This document shows, piece after piece, positions 59,257-64,000 of a DNA stretch of 64,000 nt. Numbering within the stretch: position 1 is the stretch's first letter; every line of letters starts with the position of its first letter. The position numbers were made by a program, and so were the translations under genes. This stretch comes from Entomortierella parvispora E1425 (lineage: Eukaryota > Fungi > Mortierellomycota). Location: positions 744,001 to 808,000 of the forward strand of contig BQFW01000009.1 of assembly GCA_020891255.1 (NCBI GenBank), given 5' to 3'. The notes under the pieces are model-generated. The model was not told where the DNA came from. It did no database searches and worked only from the letters and a program-made list of their open reading frames with translations.

Positions 59257-62200
59257 GATTTGACCGTTGGCTGGGGTTAAAACGAGGGATGTCTGTGGGC
59301 GAGTGTGACACAAGGGGAGAAGAAGGAGAGTCTACTGGACAGGAGGGCAGTTGGTTAGATGTGAATGAGGACGAAGAGGGAGAGTCGGAGAAGGGGAGAA
59401 GAGAAAAGGCGGGAAGGAAGGGAGCTGTGCTTCGGTCGAGATGTTCGGAAAATGCAAAGAATGACTCGGATAGTTTAGGGCGATAGGCGGGCCAGCAAGG
59501 TTTCGATAGAAAAATCAAAAGCACGCAATCGCACGGCACTGGATCCCTGCGGAGGATTCCAATCAGTGGCTCTTCAGCCTTCACCCCAATTACTCACTCG
59601 CAGTCGAGTTGGAAAGATAGTGTGTGTAGTGTGTCAAGAGAGGACCGAGATTAGCACCTTACCTGTCTGTACACCTTCCAGTCAAGAAAACAATTAGCAC
59701 TCAGAGAAGGAAGGAGCGGTCGAGTGTGTAAGTGCGAGGGGGGGGGGGGGATGAGTGATAAAAGCCCAGCAAAAGAAGAGTAAGGAGGAAGAGGCAGCTG
59801 CCAGAGAAAAAGCAACAGAGTGTGTCAATGGTGAACAGATGAGTGGAAAGGGGTGGAGGCGTTGGAGTCGAGTGGGCGAGTGTAAAGGAGGGTGAAGAGG
59901 AGTTTCCGAGCTGAGGAAACAGAAAAGAGAAAAAGAGAAGAAAGGAGGGAAAAAGAGGCGACACGCCTCGGCTGTCTTTTTGGCCTCCATTTATAATGAG
60001 AGCACAGTTGATGGTCCAGGCCCAATTGCGCTCTGGCGAGATGCAATTGCCTTGGACCCGGTCCAAGTGAAAAAAAAAACAGACACACACACCCCCAAGA
60101 GAGCCTTGCGTCGTGGCGGACATGCTGTTCTTGTGTCTCCCCACGGAAAATAGTCTGAGTCCTTGGATCCGCCCCTTTATTTCAGTTGTTGCATGGGTTG
60201 GACAGATGATCGTTTGCAGCTCCAGCAAGAGCAATCCCATTGACAAAGCCAGGTAGTGCGACCATCTCTCGTGGATTCAACTCCTTGAAATAGAAAGATA
60301 CATTGCCTCCAATCCCTGGGACATGCACAGCGAAAGATGATTGCGAATTGCCACTCTCTCACCAGCCTCTACCTGACCCTGTTTTATCTTCAACAGTCAT
60401 CTCCAAGAACAAAAAAAAAAAGAGGGACAAAAGAAAGCGACGCAGCAAAAGGATGGGCGTTGCTGCAGGGGAGACGCGCAGGTTTATTCTCCATCTCTCA
60501 AGATGGCGTGAACTGTGGCCAATCAGAGCGCTCTCTTCTTCCTTCCAGCGCTCTAACGCGTCATTTTTTGGGCAGTCACCGACTCTCCGAGCTGTCAAAA
60601 ACTGTTTGTTTGCTGTCGAAGCTGGGTCCTGTGGGTGTCATGCTCGCACAAGCGCACACAAGACAAACAGCGCCTGTGTCTGTGCTGCCAAAGAGAAACC
60701 CCACGTTGCTTGGCTTTATCTGACTTTACCTCTCTAGACTCTGTGATGTCGCAAGGATAGTGGAGGGTGGCACCAGTTCATCTTTCAGGAACATAGACTT
60801 TTTAGAACTTCGGACCTGGATGCACGCCTTATCGACTCATTGTTTTTTTCATATCTCGTTTTTGACCGTGTTTTACGACTTTGATCGTTGAAGCAGGTTG
60901 TCATTGACCATGTCCGCTTTGATTACATAGCCAACTTCTCCACGCCAATGTGCCCCAACATCTTTTTTCGTGGGACCAATGGTTTTATTTGCCCATGCAC
61001 CTCCTAACTCTCAATGGTATTAATGCTTCTTGTTGGAGCTCAACTCAATCAAAACAGGGCCAAGAGCACAAGAACGAATGTATTGAGCTGCAGATGGTCC
61101 AGCGAGATTGCAGTTTGAAAGCGCGACAAGGGCGGGTGCAGATGCATGATTATTACTTGGTAAAGATATCTGGTTGAATTCAACAACAGGGAGCTCTGGA
61201 CAAGGGAATCCAAACAGAAAAGGAGCTTCAGACCAATTGAGGGGTGGCTAGTGGCACCAATGTCGTTACACCCCACAACAATAGCAGTGCTGGGACATAG
61301 AGATCAAAGGAAGTTCCGGAAGTATTCGATCCATTCAAGGAAAGAAAAAAGAGAAAAAAAGCCGACACAAACACGTTTTCGCGCTCGAGCTCGAAAACAA
61401 ATATGAATGGTCTCGAAAACGCACACGAAAATAAACAAAGATGAGGGCGAGGAAACTAAAGGCGAAGAAGAAAGAGATGTGGCAACAACCTCACGATGAT
61501 TATTATTGTTTTAGAGTGTGCCCATTGTCGACTTCGACTTTTGTTGGCGAGGTCTTTTTTACGCTTTTTCTGTGAGCGAGGGTTTTTGCGCTGCCCTGGG
61601 TGCTCTTTGTACCACGCTGTGTTATTACCAATCTTTCGCCAGGCGCTGAACTGCCAGTCGTGTGCTGAAGAGGCTACGACCGTTATGAAAGAAAGGGATA
61701 CACTTGGTGTCACCTTAAAAATGCCAGATGCTGGCGACCCTGGTGCAATTCCTCGGTAACACGCTCCACAATTAATAACCCCGACTTGACAAGTTTGAGG
61801 ACGATGACGGTTAAAGAGTGTCCCATAGAAGGAGCAACAGAACGCAGGCATGTACCTTTCGAAGACCCCTCCCATTGCAGCAGAAAAGAGCTGCTCACTC
61901 CCATCTGCAGTGCCAATACTCCATCTTGCCAGAGGTGGAGTAGCTCCATTTTCTATTTTAACGGTGCGCCAAGAAAATGGAAAACAGGCGCCTGAGCTAT
62001 CCAATTGCCTCGATCATCAAAACTAGAGTCAAAGGGCCAAGTTGGTGGCGGAAATACTCCAGCACAGCTCTTTGGCCAAAGCCACATTCCACAGGTCAAA
62101 GTGAGAAACTGGCAGACCGGGAAGTGTCACTTTGGAGACGCGACACAGCGCCGCGAGGGTCAACGGCGCAGTGGCTGACAAAGTGCATGCGCAAGGCGAG

Positions 62201-62582
62201 GATGACGGCTGGGCCGGAGCGGCCAAGAAGAGCAAGCCAGCAAGAAAAGAGCAGCGGCAGCGGCAAAGCCCCAGGGCCGAGTAAAAAGCCAATAGGATTT
62301 TTCAGCGAGCCAAAAAATAGCCGCGAAGAACCCGGCCCGCATCACGTGGCAGCTGTCAAAGTGCCGATCGGCATTTTTTTTTTTTTGGACTGCAGGCACT
62401 CCCTTTGCTCGACCCTTTGCACCCCCTTCCTCCTTACTTCGTTCTCTTCACTTTCCTCTTCCCACTCTCTCCACTCTCCACTCTCCACTCTCCACTCTCT
62501 ACACCTGTTCTCTCCTCACCTCATCTCCCATTCAAACCCCATACCTCGGTTTCATCAATTCCCCCCCCCCCCCCAACTCAAA

Positions 62583-63722
62583 ATGTCCGCAGACGTCTCC
62601 GCCCTTCAACTCTCCCCGTCTCCAGCTGCCACCGGTCGCCTCGACATTGTCTTCAGCCAAGCGCCCACTCACATGCGATGGATTGAATCCACCACTGAAT
62701 GTCGCCACATTGAAGCTCTCTACCTCCTCGTCGACGACGCTCGCGACGCTCATATCAAGCAGCTCCTTGCCTGCTTCCCTACCCTGACAGAACGAAACCG
62801 TGTGGTCCGTTATGCCAACGTCAAACTCGATCAGAACTTCCCCGGATCTCAGTGTCGGTTCCCAGACCACCGGGACCCCCATCGAACCCGCCCTCCATTT
62901 GGTCAATTGATCCGTGTCGAAACTCGATTCACAGCCCTGGGAAACACCTCCTTGACGTTTCAGCACCGTTTTTTGACTGTGCCCAAGTCGCAGGCCAATC
63001 GGGATTTTAACAACCGGAACGAGGATCATTTGTACAGCCAGTTGGAAGAAGGCGACGAGCCCGAGCGGGTCTTTGCCAGTGCTGAGGGAGGGATTGTGTG
63101 CATCAAGTGGCAGACGGACGAGAAGGGCTTCCGATTCTTCAGACCGACCCCAGGCATCTTTTCGCATGGAAACCTTCGTCAGACCCTGGTGGCGCCCTCG
63201 GTCGTTAATTTTCTGCGATCAGAGGCACCGGAAAGGAGAGCGATTGGATCGGCGAGACCCAAGAATGCGTTCAGGGTTGAGATTCATCTCCGAAAATCAG
63301 ACGAGGATGAGCTGGGACATGTTACCAACTCGAGATATGTTTCGTTGGTCCACGATGTGCTCACCTTTGGATTGAGGACTGGATACTATGCCAACGGATC
63401 AGGAGCACAAAGGACGCAACTGGACTTGCCCGTGGATCCTGAACATCAGATGGTGCCTCCCTCCTCCGCGGTCGCCGTCCCCGCTGGATCGGCTTTTTAC
63501 AAGAAGGGCAAGGTCTTCGAGTTGTACACGGGTTATGAGCGCGAGTTGAAGGTCAAACCCGAGGTCTATGTCTGGAGTTGGGTCGAGCCTACGAGGATTG
63601 GGGGTGAGTTTGATGTGATTCGATTCGAGATCTGCTCCACGGATGCTCAAGGTCAGGAGCAGATTGTGTCGTTGTGCAGGACCATTATTCATGATGATAC
63701 CCAACTGCAAGCGTCGTTGTAA
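62583..63722 (+). CDS. Double-hotdog acyl-CoA/acyl-ACP thioesterase-like protein (379 aa), intronless
   Basis: Likely start MSADVSAL at 62583. The second half has RKSDEDELGHVTNSRYVSLVHD (D-x-x-GH-V-x-N-x-x-Y 4HBT motif) and YERELK. The first half has IRVETRFTALGNTSLTFQHRF, a hotdog strand pattern. Confidence 0.8.
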   Translation: MSADVSALQLSPSPAATGRLDIVFSQAPTHMRWIESTTECRHIEALYLLVDDARDAHIKQLLACFPTLTERNRVVRYANVKLDQNFPGSQCRFPDHRDPHRTRPPFGQLIRVETRFTALGNTSLTFQHRFLTVPKSQANRDFNNRNEDHLYSQLEEGDEPERVFASAEGGIVCIKWQTDEKGFRFFRPTPGIFSHGNLRQTLVAPSVVNFLRSEAPERRAIGSARPKNAFRVEIHLRKSDEDELGHVTNSRYVSLVHDVLTFGLRTGYYANGSGAQRTQLDLPVDPEHQMVPPSSAVAVPAGSAFYKKGKVFELYTGYERELKVKPEVYVWSWVEPTRIGGEFDVIRFEICSTDAQGQEQIVSLCRTIIHDDTQLQASL

Positions 63723-64000
63723 AACAGAAGAAAAAAGAAAAAAAGAACAAAAAAAAGGGAAAGATTGGGCCAACAAAGCTCGGAAGATATAGAAACAGGA
63801 AACACTCGCATCTCGTAGAAACAGCATCTTTATAAAATCTACCTACTTGTAACCTTGAGAACTGTGGCACCAGCTATGGTGAAGCATCATGATATCAAAG
63901 TGTAGCTGGGGATATTCTCATTATGTACGGTCGACAGATCGTGTGGAGGCGGTGGGAAAGTTTTATGGTCATCTCCATTGCAGACTCCATGGTGAAAGCA

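Noticed and set aside
61977-62582. N-terminal 202 aa of the ORF-track thioesterase
   Set aside because: It reads through CT-rich promoter/leader sequence from a TTG start; ATG 62583 is the more plausible start. The same applies to the upstream extensions at 13212-14969, 24956-26431 and 51682-53580.
1-64000. tRNA, rRNA or snRNA genes
   Set aside because: No T-loop/cloverleaf, 5S or U1/U2/U6 signature was recognised by eye. tRNAscan-SE/Infernal would be needed to exclude them.

Overview
Eukaryotic, intron-rich fungal nuclear DNA. It is most likely Mortierellaceae-like (an inference from F-box/LRR-type and kelch-TM family expansions, GT-AG introns with CTAAC branch sites and poly(A/T)-rich intergenic DNA). 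All family calls come from recognised motifs and manual splicing; no database search was run. Recognisable genes are: an AAAP amino-acid transporter, mitochondrial EF-G1, a CAMK-group Ser/Thr kinase, the U5 snRNP 40-kDa WD40 protein, a kelch single-pass membrane protein, a TRIC/TMEM38-like channel, an LtrA-family membrane protein, an Rpp14/Pop8-like RNase P/MRP subunit head-to-head with EMG1/NEP1, an NADPH-dependent FMN reductase, a proline-permease-like APC transporter, a DUF3846-like small protein, a GATA factor and a double-hotdog thioesterase. F-box genes and an unknown PPSY-motif family appear as tandem copies in different states of decay. The least explained structures are two inverted arrangements. 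The first is a ~3.4-kb imperfect palindrome (36.8-40.2 kb) with a ~97% identical core, diverged outer arms and a 36-bp minisatellite, stop-free in all six frames, in one arm only. The second is a ~0.9-kb foldback-like element built from ~193-bp units (15.3-16.2 kb). No tRNA, rRNA or CRISPR array was recognised.
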